The notes beneath the pieces were generated by a model, which saw only the letters and a program-made list of their open reading frames with translations, was not told the origin of the DNA and searched no databases. Position numbers and translations under genes: made by a program. A stretch of DNA of 64,000 nucleotides, taken from the IMG/VR virus record IMGVR_UViG_3300037501_000255; one strand, 5' to 3'. This document shows positions 1-8,781 of the stretch, in pieces; the stretch's first letter is position 1, and every line of letters starts with the position of its first letter. The stretch is from a virus (Duplodnaviria; Caudoviricetes).

Positions 1-63
1 GATTCGAACCCGCGATGCCCTGAGTCACAGTCAAGTGCCTTAAGCCGCTCGGCCACGGCCACC
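1..63 (-). tRNA. tRNA-His(GUG), 3' end outside the window
   Basis: Reverse complement gives G-1 GTGGCCG, D arm GCCGAGCGGCTTAAGGC, anticodon arm CTTGA-CT GTG AC-TCAGG and T arm GCGGGTTCGAATC. Confidence 0.9.
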
Positions 64-66
64 ATA

Positions 67-804
67 TCAGATAACTACTGTTACCGCCTCGCCGCGTTCT
101 TTGAGCAGACGACCTAAATCATCAAATGATATGCAGAACCGACCACATTTTCCCCAGAATCTTCCCCAAGAATTTATGCCCCATACCAATTTCTTCTCAA
201 CATCTATTCCCAGCAATTCAAAGGCATGACCCCCTCGACGCTCCCCGGTTATCCTAACTCTGCCGGACAGGTCAGGCTTATCGAAACCGGCATACCAGTT
301 TACACCTACAGCGACGGGGCCAACATACGCAAGCGTACGCAAAACGTCCTCAATACCGAAACACCAGCGATATTCTTTAATCAACATCGCTTCCTTGGCG
401 GCCTTCATAGCCGAAAGTACGCTTGAGCCGGTATCTGTGGGAGGATATTGCCCGCTAAATTGATCAAGCTCTGTAGCGCGCGAATAAAGATCGATGGCCA
501 GGTTTTGTGAAAAATCCACATCATCACCCAACCCATCCAGATTGTTTGGGTTGGTTGCCAGCAGCCCGACGATAGCATTCCCCGTACAGGAACCTAGTTT
601 GCCCTGATTTAGGGGCGGAGTGTGGCGCTCCCACATCTTACTGCGTAGCTCAACAGGATGCCCGTCTAAAATGACACGGTAATCCTTGCTGCGCTCATCG
701 AACTTTACGTGACGACCGAGGCGTCGACTGAATACTCCTAGCCACCCTATCAGTCGCCCCCACCACGTCTGCAGCTCCGGAATTATTTCTACCACTAAGG
801 ACAT
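67..804 (-). CDS. Papain-like (C1A) cysteine peptidase
   Basis: QGKLGSCTGNA (oxyanion Gln and catalytic Cys), GGHAF (His) and INSWGRFWGKCG (Asn) motifs. Confidence 0.85.
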   Translation of the reverse strand: MSLVVEIIPELQTWWGRLIGWLGVFSRRLGRHVKFDERSKDYRVILDGHPVELRSKMWERHTPPLNQGKLGSCTGNAIVGLLATNPNNLDGLGDDVDFSQNLAIDLYSRATELDQFSGQYPPTDTGSSVLSAMKAAKEAMLIKEYRWCFGIEDVLRTLAYVGPVAVGVNWYAGFDKPDLSGRVRITGERRGGHAFELLGIDVEKKLVWGINSWGRFWGKCGRFCISFDDLGRLLKERGEAVTVVI

Positions 805-958
805 CGCTTACCTCAAAATACCGATTAACTCTGGCATTGCACCTGTCACAGTGTAACGTGCCGTCCCGGTCATCCGTAATGAATCGCCCAATATACCTGC
901 CATTCTTACATGCCGTACATTGAGCATTGGTTAAGTCTATACTGTCAGACATGATATT

Positions 959-1034
959 TGGTGGAGCTGACAGGGATCGAACCTGCGACATCAAGCTTGC
1001 AAAGCTTGCGCTCTCCCAGCTGAGCTACAGCCCC
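959..1034 (-). tRNA. tRNA-Ala(UGC)
   Basis: GGGGCTG...CAAGC-TT TGC AA-GCTTG...GTTCGATCC...CAGCTCC A CCA; G3:U70 pair present. Confidence 0.95.
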
Positions 1035-1074
1035 GTACACACTAGCATCATATCTCTGCGTCAATAGACATTGA

Positions 1075-1383
1075 CTATATTACCCTACTCTTTTTAACTA
1101 CAAGATCTTCCCCGCAATCGGGACAGTATAGAAAATCTTCTCCTTTTAGAATCTTTCTAGCAAAGCTCTTAGCAGCATTCCCGAAGAACCTCTTCGACAA
1201 CTCTTCAGGCCACGGATGCTCACCTGATTCATAATGAACCTTTCCGTCCAGATCGATAGTCCACCAACCGCCTGGTAGGAGGAAGAGGTATTCACTGCGA
1301 GCTGGAAGAAAGAAATCGGCTCCAAAAGCCAGTTCTTCTGTTACATGTCCACAGGCGCACGTGAATGTATATTTCTTCCCCAT
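1075..1383 (-). CDS. Small Zn-ribbon-like hypothetical protein
   Basis: 102-aa ORF with CxC at the N-terminus and CPDCG at the C-terminus. Confidence 0.55.
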   Translation of the reverse strand: MGKKYTFTCACGHVTEELAFGADFFLPARSEYLFLLPGGWWTIDLDGKVHYESGEHPWPEELSKRFFGNAAKSFARKILKGEDFLYCPDCGEDLVVKKSRVI

Positions 1384-1640
1384 TATCTCACCTTCCGTAC
1401 ATAATCAGCTGCATAATGCCCGGTTCTTTCGAAGGACCCTCAAGCAGTAGCGTCTTGAGTGCGCTAACCTGCGCGGCACGTTTTGGATAGTCAACCCAAC
1501 CGGAGTCCCGGTCATATTCCTCTACCCTTTGGAAGGCGCGCTCAAGTTCTTCACGCTCGTAATCCCAGCCTAAATTAGCATGATATACAAGTGTGAGTGC
1601 AGCAAATGTCTCAGGAGCATCACCAAAAAGCACAGCATTT

Positions 1641-1946
1641 TTAATTGCTCCAGCCAACTTGCCATCGCGCCAATCGCACGCAGCGTCGTTCGAAAATGGT
1701 CGCGGCTGGCTTACACCAGCAGACTAAATCTTTGCCGGCCAGCTCTTTGCGCGCCGACTCAACCAATTCAGGCTGAGCCATGAGCCATTCCTCATATTTG
1801 AGTACAGCCTCTTCTCGGGAAGAAACCTTATATTGCGCAATTGTTCCATCTTTATGAGTAAAAGGGTTGCCCCATTTTGATGGCCGACCAATATACACCG
1901 CATCTGCTGCGGCCGTCTTGTGGTATTTATTATGTACCGTTGGCAT
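1641..1946 (-). CDS. DUF4326-like protein
   Basis: VYIGRPSKWGNPF and GKDLVCWCKP motifs; start trimmed to MPTVHNK. Confidence 0.75.
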   Translation of the reverse strand: MPTVHNKYHKTAAADAVYIGRPSKWGNPFTHKDGTIAQYKVSSREEAVLKYEEWLMAQPELVESARKELAGKDLVCWCKPAATIFERRCVRLARWQVGWSN

Positions 1947-2164
1947 AGACAAATACCTTTCCGCCCCTACACCTAGCTCGCCAACCCGCATCGCGACATA
2001 TTTTTAGCTAGTCGCGCAGCATTCTCCGGATCTTCGAAACCAAGAAAGCGAAATGTTGTGCGGTCACGGTCGCCGGATGGCCGCAGTAGAACCTTGCACG
2101 TATCCGCCTGTCGCTGCAAAAACTCTTTACTCAATAGGATCGACATCAAATATCTCGTAAGAAA

Positions 2165-2237
2165 TTAGGTCAAGGGGCGCGGTCAGCATTTTTTTCAAAG
2201 TGTTGGTTTGACGATAACTGAACCACATCGGACCTAA
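2165..2237 (-). ncRNA. Y-RNA-like small RNA 1 (canonical topology)
   Basis: TAGGTCCGA-TGTGGTTCAG-TTATC ... CTGACCGCG-CCC-CTTGACCTA. The ends pair into a helix with a bulged C, and the sequence is intergenic. Confidence 0.75.
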
Positions 2238-2244
2238 ATCAATT

Positions 2245-2610
2245 TCAGAGACTATTGTATTCTCTCAGGGCTCGGCGGAAGAGTGATTCGCGGTGAGGAT
2301 TCTTAATCTCGAACCGCTTGGATTCCATCTTGCCTGGGGCCGGATTGAGCGCGAGTACCGTATAGAAAAGATCCGTGTCGGGGTTGCGCTTCAGATAGTC
2401 CTCGGCCCAATCGACGAACTTCTGTTCATCCGTGAAAGCCGCAAAAACTTGATCGATTTTATCACCCTTCATCGTATGAAGGATCGCTGCGAACTGCTCT
2501 TCCATTTGTTCTCCTATAATTGGGCTCGGTGGAGTTGCTCCCGGCCGGCCTTCGTCTGGGTCTACAAGCATAGCTGAACTATACAATCTAGAGCCTGGAT
2601 TTCTCGACAT
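2245..2610 (-). CDS. Hypothetical protein
   Basis: 121-aa ORF, co-oriented with its neighbours. Confidence 0.5.
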   Translation of the reverse strand: MSRNPGSRLYSSAMLVDPDEGRPGATPPSPIIGEQMEEQFAAILHTMKGDKIDQVFAAFTDEQKFVDWAEDYLKRNPDTDLFYTVLALNPAPGKMESKRFEIKNPHRESLFRRALREYNSL

Positions 2611-2888
2611 GTAAGAGAGCGCCCAGGCGGCTGCCTTTTCGAAGTCAGTAAAGATTTGAAATTCGCTGTCTTCTATAGTTAGAGAATTGTCAAATATACA
2701 GATTATACTATCTCAGGACTGGAGATCTAGTTCTAGGTCGAAGGTGAATACATGCGGCTCAGCCACCCAATTCTCAAGATACTGCTCTAGCCATCCAGAA
2801 TCCCCGTTGACGAATAGCCCGGCGGGCACAGTTAAACACCCACTCTCATATGCTACTAGGTATACTTGAGTCATGAAATCCTTTAATT

Positions 2889-2964
2889 TGGCTCCGGGAG
2901 CAGGGTTCGAACCTGCGACCACCTGGTTAACAGCCAGACGCTCCACCAACTGAGCTATCCCGGA
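2889..2964 (-). tRNA. tRNA-Asn(GUU)
   Basis: TCCGGGA...CTGGC-T GTT AA-CCAGG...GGTTCGAACC...CCCGGA G CCA. Confidence 0.95.
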
Positions 2965-3144
2965 CCACTAAAATCGTAAGCGTTTATGTACTCGATATCC
3001 TCTGGCGTTAGGCACTTCCGCCACAGATATTCTAAATGATCGGCGATCAAATCCTCGAGTGCCTCTGGAAACTCAGGCACCCTGCTGCGCATCAGCAGCA
3101 GAGCCTTCGTAATCGCTATATACTTTTCCCTGTAGTTTTCCATA

Positions 3145-3318
3145 AGAAGAGTTGGTCGGCATAGCGTTCACCCTACGACCATCAGGCTCAATATACCAGC
3201 AAGTATGCGTTGCCGGTGCCAGCCCTGTGATATGGGCTTTTCGCTAGCACAGAGTTATCCTAGGTTCTCTGTATTCGCTAGGCACTCACCGCCTTCCGGG
3301 GGTGGTAATGAAAACACC
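3145..3318 (-). ncRNA. Unassigned multi-hairpin structured RNA
   Basis: No ORF. A TGCC/GGCA closing stem encloses TAGC/GCTA, CAGAG/CTCTG and AGCCC/GGGCT stems, followed by CCGGCAA/TTGCTGG and GGTCG/CGACC hairpins. Confidence 0.45.
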
Positions 3319-3404
3319 GTACACTAGAAGGATTTGAACCTCCGACCTCGGGCTCCAACAGCATGACGCAATGCCTGCGCTCTCCCAGGCTGAGCTATAG
3401 GTAC
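3319..3404 (-). pseudogene. tRNA-Pro-like gene with a 19-nt anticodon loop (12-nt insertion)
   Basis: D arm TAGCTCAGCCTGGGAGAGC and T arm GGAGGTTCAAATCCTTC are intact; loop is ATTGCGTCATGCTGTTGGA; acceptor stem has a bulge; no encoded CCA. Confidence 0.6.
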
Positions 3405-3674
3405 GGGCTGCTAGCGGTAATTGAAACTACTTCATCGTAAACATCATGATGTGATCGCAGCTGGTTTATTCGGAGAACCTGTCGGGCCCCTCCCCGCTCT
3501 AGGTTTTTGTCGTGCGACATGCTGTGTTATTTCCAAGTAAAATCAGATGTTCTGCATCCTTATTTGTATATGCTTCCGTAACCGTTTCCCAGTTGCAGAA
3601 TGACTCCACCAAAAAAACATCATCCCTATCGATACGCCTAGTTAAAGATGAGAATACTGATGCTTTTTCGTGGA

Positions 3675-3753
3675 TGGTTGCGGGAGCTGGATTCGAACCA
3701 GCGATATCGAGCATATGAAACTCGCGAGGACGACCAGACTCCTCTATCCCGCA
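3675..3753 (-). tRNA. tRNA-Met(CAU), initiator-like
   Basis: TGCGGGA...CGAGT-TT CAT AT-GCTCG...TCCCGCA A CCA; fMet-like acceptor stem and D arm. Confidence 0.88.
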
Positions 3754-3760
3754 TCTCTTT

Positions 3761-3836
3761 TGGTGGTGACAGCATGAGTCGAACATGCATAGGCCGGCGT
3801 ATGAAACCAGTGCACTGCCAATTGTGCTATGTCACC
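3761..3836 (-). tRNA. tRNA-Met/Ile2(CAU)
   Basis: GGTGACA...CTGGT-TT CAT AC-GCCGG...TGTCACC A CCA. Confidence 0.88.
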
Positions 3837-4074
3837 TCATCATATGGTAATCTTCATTTTCTTCATCTTGCGACCATTGGGACATATACAATGTGCTTTA
3901 ATGCCACAATCAGCATTGCCTAAAGGGTCTTGCGTATAACCGATTGTATTCACCACCCCAGAATGGGGCAAGGCCCGCACATGGGGACTTTAATACCTGG
4001 CAGATGGGGAAACAGTAAATTCCTTCCATAAAGAGGAAGATCTCACATTACTCCTGTAATCTGACCGTGTAGAA

Positions 4075-4150
4075 TGGAGAGAGTAGAGGGGTTCAAACCC
4101 TCGGCCTCCGACTTGGAAGGATGGCGCTCTATCAGCTGAGCTATACTCTC
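4075..4150 (-). tRNA. tRNA-Gly(UCC), non-canonical
   Basis: GAGAGTA acceptor and loop CT TCC AA; anticodon stem CCATC/GTCGG has two mismatches; T loop reads TTTGAAC; CCA encoded. Confidence 0.75.
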
Positions 4151-4156
4151 ATAAGA

Positions 4157-4542
4157 TTACAGTTCGTACCTAACTTGCCCGCCGTCTGTGAATAACCCTA
4201 CTCGGGCATATACCTCGAAGGGGATAATTGACTCGTAACCCTTAGCAAGAAGTTCATTGGAATAGACAGTAGACTTTTTATCTACCGATATCGTAATGTG
4301 CGGAATTGCATGATTACTCACAACTCCCATTGGCTCTACCGCAACAGCTTGCCCGTATTCATCGTCCGTACGCGTAGCCTGATTAGCTGTCCAAGCGGCA
4401 GCCCTTCAATCTCCTCATCCTAGGGATTAAAGTTGATGGTCATGTGGTGAGCAAAAACCTTGGGGTGCTTAGGGGGAAGGGCGCTAAGTATCGCTGCTCG
4501 ACTCTCCTCCGGAAGAAATGCCCCTGCGTAAATTACCGCCAT
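4157..4542 (-). pseudogene. 2H phosphoesterase (tRNA-ligase cyclic phosphodiesterase-like), interrupted
   Basis: Absent from the ORF track. Manual translation: MAVIYAGAFLPEE...AHHMTINFNP*DEE...LRV~DDEYGQAVAV...SNHAIPHITISV...SNELL. Two HxT motifs, an in-frame TAG at 4420-4422 and one frameshift near 4370. Confidence 0.7.
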
Positions 4543-5571
4543 CTACCCACTCCATAAGAATATCGAAGCAATCTTCGCAAAGATCTAGGTCAAACACCTG
4601 TTCATCCCTGCGCGACTCGTATCCCCAATATGCAGTTAAATTGGCATGTTCGTAATTCATCTGACGCCTGCATGACTGTCCGCATCGATCACAAATAATA
4701 TCCGCTAGGGCTTCAACTACGGTCTCGACTCTGGTCATCCTCCTCATCTACGGGCTCCCGGATATCTCTAAAATGAGCAGTTAGAGCATTTAGTGCAAAA
4801 GTACGTATCTTCTGTGGCCAATTATTTTGGCTAAGTGCGATAGGTAGATTTGCCTTCCATAGTAGGAGCGCATAGGTGCGCGAGGCCGGCAAACCTGTCA
4901 TATTAAAACTACGCAAGTGTTTTAGTTGTGTGGAAAAGACTCTCTGAACTTTTCCAATCAGTTTGGGGTCTAAACTCTTTCTTAGCTCGGATTATAAGAT
5001 CTGGGCCGCCTCAGAGGCTCCAAAAAGATTCAATTCACTCATGTGCGATAGAGTTTTGTAGCCACCGGAATTACCCGTGTGGTTCTGTGAAATAGGAATA
5101 CGCTGCCTGTATGTAGATTTACTACAGTGTAACTTTCTTCGGAAGCTTGAGCGGTCAGAGGCCACAGATCAGTTTCTGAAATAGACTTCCCGAGATTTTT
5201 TACTGCAAACTCTGGCACAAAGGTACCGCAGGTCGGAAGATTTTCCAATTCAATGGCGGGCACTTCTGCTGTATCCGTTCGCAAAATCATCATACGTAGT
5301 TCCTGCGCGAGCAACAAATTCCGATAAGTAAAACCACCCCATCCGATCTGGGCTGTATCCGGGTGGCATCTGCGGTCGGTCAAGATCTATGCCATAGTAA
5401 TCGCGTCTTATATTTCCGGAATATAATCGATTATTTTCCCATAGTAGATCTATGCGGCGCTGAATCTCGGCAGAGATTACTTCAGCTATCTCGGGCACTT
5501 CTCTATTATAAACTTTAATTCTAGCCATTAGGTAGGCAAGCGTCTCTTTACTATAGCACTTCATAGTTAAT

Positions 5572-5701
5572 TGGTGGGGACGGAGGGACTCGAACCCTCA
5601 TGCTGTTTAGGCGCAGGAATCTTGGCGATTGGTGTCGGAGTCGAACCAACATATACCTTACCAATCAAATCCTGTGTGTCTACCAGTTCCACCACGTCCC
5701 C
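5572..5701 (-). tRNA. tRNA-Leu(UAG) interrupted by a 44-nt minihelix insert (5623-5666) between anticodon positions 34 and 35
   Basis: GGGGACG/CGTCCCC acceptor stem, Leu-type D arm and long variable arm. Removing 5623-5666 restores CAGGA-TT TAG AT-TCCTG. Confidence 0.85.
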
Positions 5702-5734
5702 ATACTAATTATTTACGATACATGCGGAGGGCTT

Positions 5735-6166
5735 ATGGACCTATACTTTGAAGATGTTGACTGCTATATTAGCGTAGAGCCGGAAGATTTCAGCGAAACT
5801 TTTGTTGTTGATGCCGAGATTTCCGATGCAGCCGCTGACCTACTCATTACTGCAAATGAACTTGATGAGGTGGGATTTTCCTCCTTAGCCAATACTATGG
5901 ACTCCATCCTGATGAAGTTAGCGGCAAAGTATCATGGCCGTACAGTTACACTTAACAAGCCATTTAGGACGCCGAAGGGCCCTAAGAAATTCAGCGTATA
6001 CACTAAAAATGAGAAGGGTAACGTAGTCAAGGTTAATTTCGGAGACCCAAACATGGAGATTAAACGCGATATACCGGCTCGCCGTAAATCATTTAGAGCA
6101 CGTCACAAGTGCGATAATCCCGGCCCCAAGTGGAAGGCGCGCTACTGGTCATGCAGAATGTGGTGA
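5735..6166 (+). CDS. Conserved viral protein with a basic C-terminal domain
   Basis: GGAGG RBS before ATG 5735. C-terminus KVNFGDPNM...RRKSFRARHKCDNPGPKWKARYWSCRMW resembles a domain recalled from large dsDNA viruses. N-half has an ANELD..G motif. Confidence 0.7.
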   Translation: MDLYFEDVDCYISVEPEDFSETFVVDAEISDAAADLLITANELDEVGFSSLANTMDSILMKLAAKYHGRTVTLNKPFRTPKGPKKFSVYTKNEKGNVVKVNFGDPNMEIKRDIPARRKSFRARHKCDNPGPKWKARYWSCRMW

Positions 6167-6361
6167 GCTTGTCACTTAAATTCATCGCTCAAATCGTATA
6201 CCCCCGAAAAACGAATCAGCTCACGTTTCGCGGAAATCCCCGCGCGACTCATTCGTAGTTAAAACTTTCTGAGCAGACTCTGGACGAAGCCTCGTTTCAA
6301 TATGGCGGCCTGCACTGGAGTAATCATCTCCTTCTCTGTAAATGTCACGGCCATTTTATAC

Positions 6362-7072
6362 TTACTCCTTTACGAGTATAACCTGATGCTGCTCCAGCCA
6401 TGCATCTGGTAGATGCCGAGGTCGCGCATTGTCCAAGAAGTGTTTGCGCCAAAAAGCAGTTACCCTCTCCTCCCCCAGATCAGCAACAACCTTGTCTGCC
6501 CAACAGTCCATATCCTCGCGAATTCTCGTCTGCTCTTCAATAAAACCAGCAAGAGCTGCTGTGTTATTGTGCAGATGCGAGGGTAGCTTCGCCCACATTT
6601 TTGGGAGGGCATTTGGATGAAGCATCTCAGCTCTTTCATACAAAGCCTTGGCGATGCGAAGCGACTCGACTACCCGGTTCCATTTCTGCTTATCAATCAG
6701 CGCATTTTTGAGAATGGTCTTTTCTGCCTCTGCAGTGCGCTCATAAGTATCATGGCAGGATACGCAAAGTGCCAGAACGTCGTATCCATTGTGGCGCTTG
6801 TACTTTTCCCTGAATGACCTGCGAAAACAGTACGGCACTACGTGATGGCGCTCTAGATTTTTCTCTGTGCCACACACCACGCATTTACTTGCGCGCGGCA
6901 GTAGCTCCACATCGTAACTGACGCCTCGGCCAGCATGTTCGAAATTGAGCTTGAACTCCCTATCTGAAATACGAGATGCTAAATTGCGGCCTACATACCA
7001 CTCCATGCGCTTGCGATCTACATAGGCGAGTGTCTCGCCTGTATGTGAAATCATTTTGCAGTTGTCGTACAT
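6362..7072 (-). CDS. HNH nuclease (EXD2 C-terminal-like)
   Basis: WYVGRNLA, CVVCG, RHHVVPYCFRR and HNGYDVLALCVSCH motifs. Confidence 0.75.
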   Translation of the reverse strand: MYDNCKMISHTGETLAYVDRKRMEWYVGRNLASRISDREFKLNFEHAGRGVSYDVELLPRASKCVVCGTEKNLERHHVVPYCFRRSFREKYKRHNGYDVLALCVSCHDTYERTAEAEKTILKNALIDKQKWNRVVESLRIAKALYERAEMLHPNALPKMWAKLPSHLHNNTAALAGFIEEQTRIREDMDCWADKVVADLGEERVTAFWRKHFLDNARPRHLPDAWLEQHQVILVKE

Positions 7073-7091
7073 GGCATCGTCTTTTTGAAAA

Positions 7092-7167
7092 TGGAGCCGG
7101 CAACCAGAATTGAACTGGTGACCTCCTGCTTACAAGGCAGATGCTCTACCTGCTGAGCTATACCGGC
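7092..7167 (-). tRNA. tRNA-Thr(UGU)
   Basis: GCCGGTA...TCTGC-CT TGT AA-GCAGG...TGCCGGC T CCA. Confidence 0.95.
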
Positions 7168-7400
7168 GTAAACCTTACCTCTCTATACTACAGCGCCTAA
7201 GGTCGGAGGGCTGCTCCTAAATCCTAGAGAGTGAGATCCCAAATCATTATTTTTGCCGTACGTCAGATTGGGAATTGAGTACGAGCAGAGTAGGGCCCGC
7301 ATTCATTACATAAGTAATAGAGCGGGTTCACCATCTCATGTTTCCATGTGGCAACTAATCTCTAATCGTAGCCGAAGCCTTAGATTGCATCGAGATTATG

Positions 7401-7531
7401 TGGTGGCCTGAGAGGGACTCGAACCCTCATGCCTGTGAAGGCGGTTGATTTTTGGTGGAGGATATTGGAGTTGCACCAATCACACCTACGTCCCCCGAGT
7501 CAACTGTGTCTACCAGTTCCACCATCAGGCC
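7401..7531 (-). tRNA. tRNA-Leu(CAA) interrupted by a 44-nt minihelix insert (7453-7496) between anticodon positions 34 and 35
   Basis: GGCCTGA/TCAGGCC acceptor stem, Leu-type D arm and long variable arm. Removing 7453-7496 restores GTTGA-CT CAA AA-TCAAC. Confidence 0.88.
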
Positions 7532-7991
7532 AAAAAATCAATCTTTCAACGTCACCTCTGGTTTGCAGAATCTAAGAAAATCCTCTTTCATATATTTCCT
7601 GTGCATCTTTCCCAAGTCCGTTCTGCATACTCGTCGTTTCGGATTCTTCTCAAACCATTCGCACAAACCGGCCCACATTTAATTGGCGTCGCGCTGACCT
7701 AGAAGTCCATATACGATAAACATGTTATTCACCAATTGTCGTAGTCGGTCACATTCTTTTATTTATCAAAACATCGTACGCTGACGCCCGTGCCAATTGA
7801 CGTTGGGGCAAAGAGTAGCTACCCCCCCCCCATGGCTCCAGTATAGGGCCACTTGCCGCCGCCGGTAAGATGCTCAAAATCTTCCGGACTCATTTCCGCC
7901 CGCTGTTTTTCGATCAACTCCTGCTTACACTCTTCGATGAAAGCTTTGGCGGCTTCCAATTCCTTGCCGGAGATGGTGAATGTGCGACTGT

Positions 7992-8240
7992 TCATATGCA
8001 TTTCCTTGCTACTCCCAGCATTTCGGTCCGAGCCACGTCCCCATCCTCATTCAGATAGTAGAGCCAGCCGGGTTCGAATGTTATTCCGGTTTTAACGATA
8101 TCTTCGACTTTAGTGCGGGGTCTCTTTTTCGAGACGGTCCGACACCGCTTAACTGCTCCGTCACGGGTGATCCAATAGATGTATCCTTTTTCGCGCTTGA
8201 TTCCGATTTGGAAAAGCACTTCGGTACGACCGGGAGGCAC
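7992..8240 (-). CDS. Small basic protein, possibly Cc1-like DNA-binding
   Basis: Internal duplication GIKREKGYIYWITRDG / GITFEPGWLYYLNEDGDVAR resembles recalled crenarchaeal Cc1-type proteins. Confidence 0.4.
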   Translation of the reverse strand: MPPGRTEVLFQIGIKREKGYIYWITRDGAVKRCRTVSKKRPRTKVEDIVKTGITFEPGWLYYLNEDGDVARTEMLGVARKCI

Positions 8241-8627
8241 TCACGCCGCCGCCGAAGGAGCATTCTCCACGGTGAATCCACTCACTTCCGCAACGTCTTC
8301 GACCAAAAAGCGTCGACCGAATCCATCCTGCTCCACGCGAACGCGGGCGCCCTTAGCAAAAAGCACATCAATCTTGTCATTGATGAGTACCTGGGTGCCA
8401 TCCTGCATGAATACAACGGTCACGTCTGATACGACCTGAGATGCGGAGAGTGTGCCTCCTGCATACGAGGGCATGCTGCTGTGCTTAGTGGTGTACTCAA
8501 TCTTTTCGAGGACACCACTATGAATAACCGTTCTTACTGCGCTAAGCTTAGTGGCAAAGCTCTTCGCAGCAAAGAGGCCGGCCACGGCAAGTCCGAGAAG
8601 TGCTGAAATCTTAATGACACTATTCAT
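8241..8627 (-). CDS. Hypothetical membrane-anchored protein
   Basis: 128-aa ORF with a hydrophobic N-terminal helix. Confidence 0.55.
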   Translation of the reverse strand: MNSVIKISALLGLAVAGLFAAKSFATKLSAVRTVIHSGVLEKIEYTTKHSSMPSYAGGTLSASQVVSDVTVVFMQDGTQVLINDKIDVLFAKGARVRVEQDGFGRRFLVEDVAEVSGFTVENAPSAAA

Positions 8628-8653
8628 TGCTATCCTCTTTTCTATACTAGAAA

Positions 8654-8719
8654 TCGGTCAAGTGGGTACTGTGGACTGGTTCATTTTTGAGTAAAGATAA
8701 TCCACAGAAGTCGGACCGA
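8654..8719 (-). ncRNA. Y-RNA-like small RNA 2 (canonical topology)
   Basis: TCGGTCCGA-CTTCTGTGGA-TTATC-...-TCCACAG-TACCCA-CTTGACCGA; the upper stem CTGTGGA/TCCACAG pairs perfectly. Confidence 0.8.
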
Positions 8720-8721
8720 AA

Positions 8722-8773
8722 TGGTGGGGGGTGGATTCGAACCACCGACGCGGCCAATCTCCGCCTGCTCCCA
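8722..8773 (-). ncRNA. Free-standing mini-tRNA (one internal hairpin, T arm, CCA)
   Basis: TGGGAG-CAG-GCGG AGATTGG CCGC-GTC-GGTGG TTCGAAT CCACC-CCCC-A-CCA. Confidence 0.55.
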
Positions 8774-8781
8774 TAAATAAA

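Noticed and set aside
5623-7496. Group I/II or BHB-type intron identity for the Leu tRNA inserts
   Set aside because: 44 nt is far too short for a ribozyme core, and no bulge-helix-bulge is evident; the inserts fold as tRNA minihelices instead.
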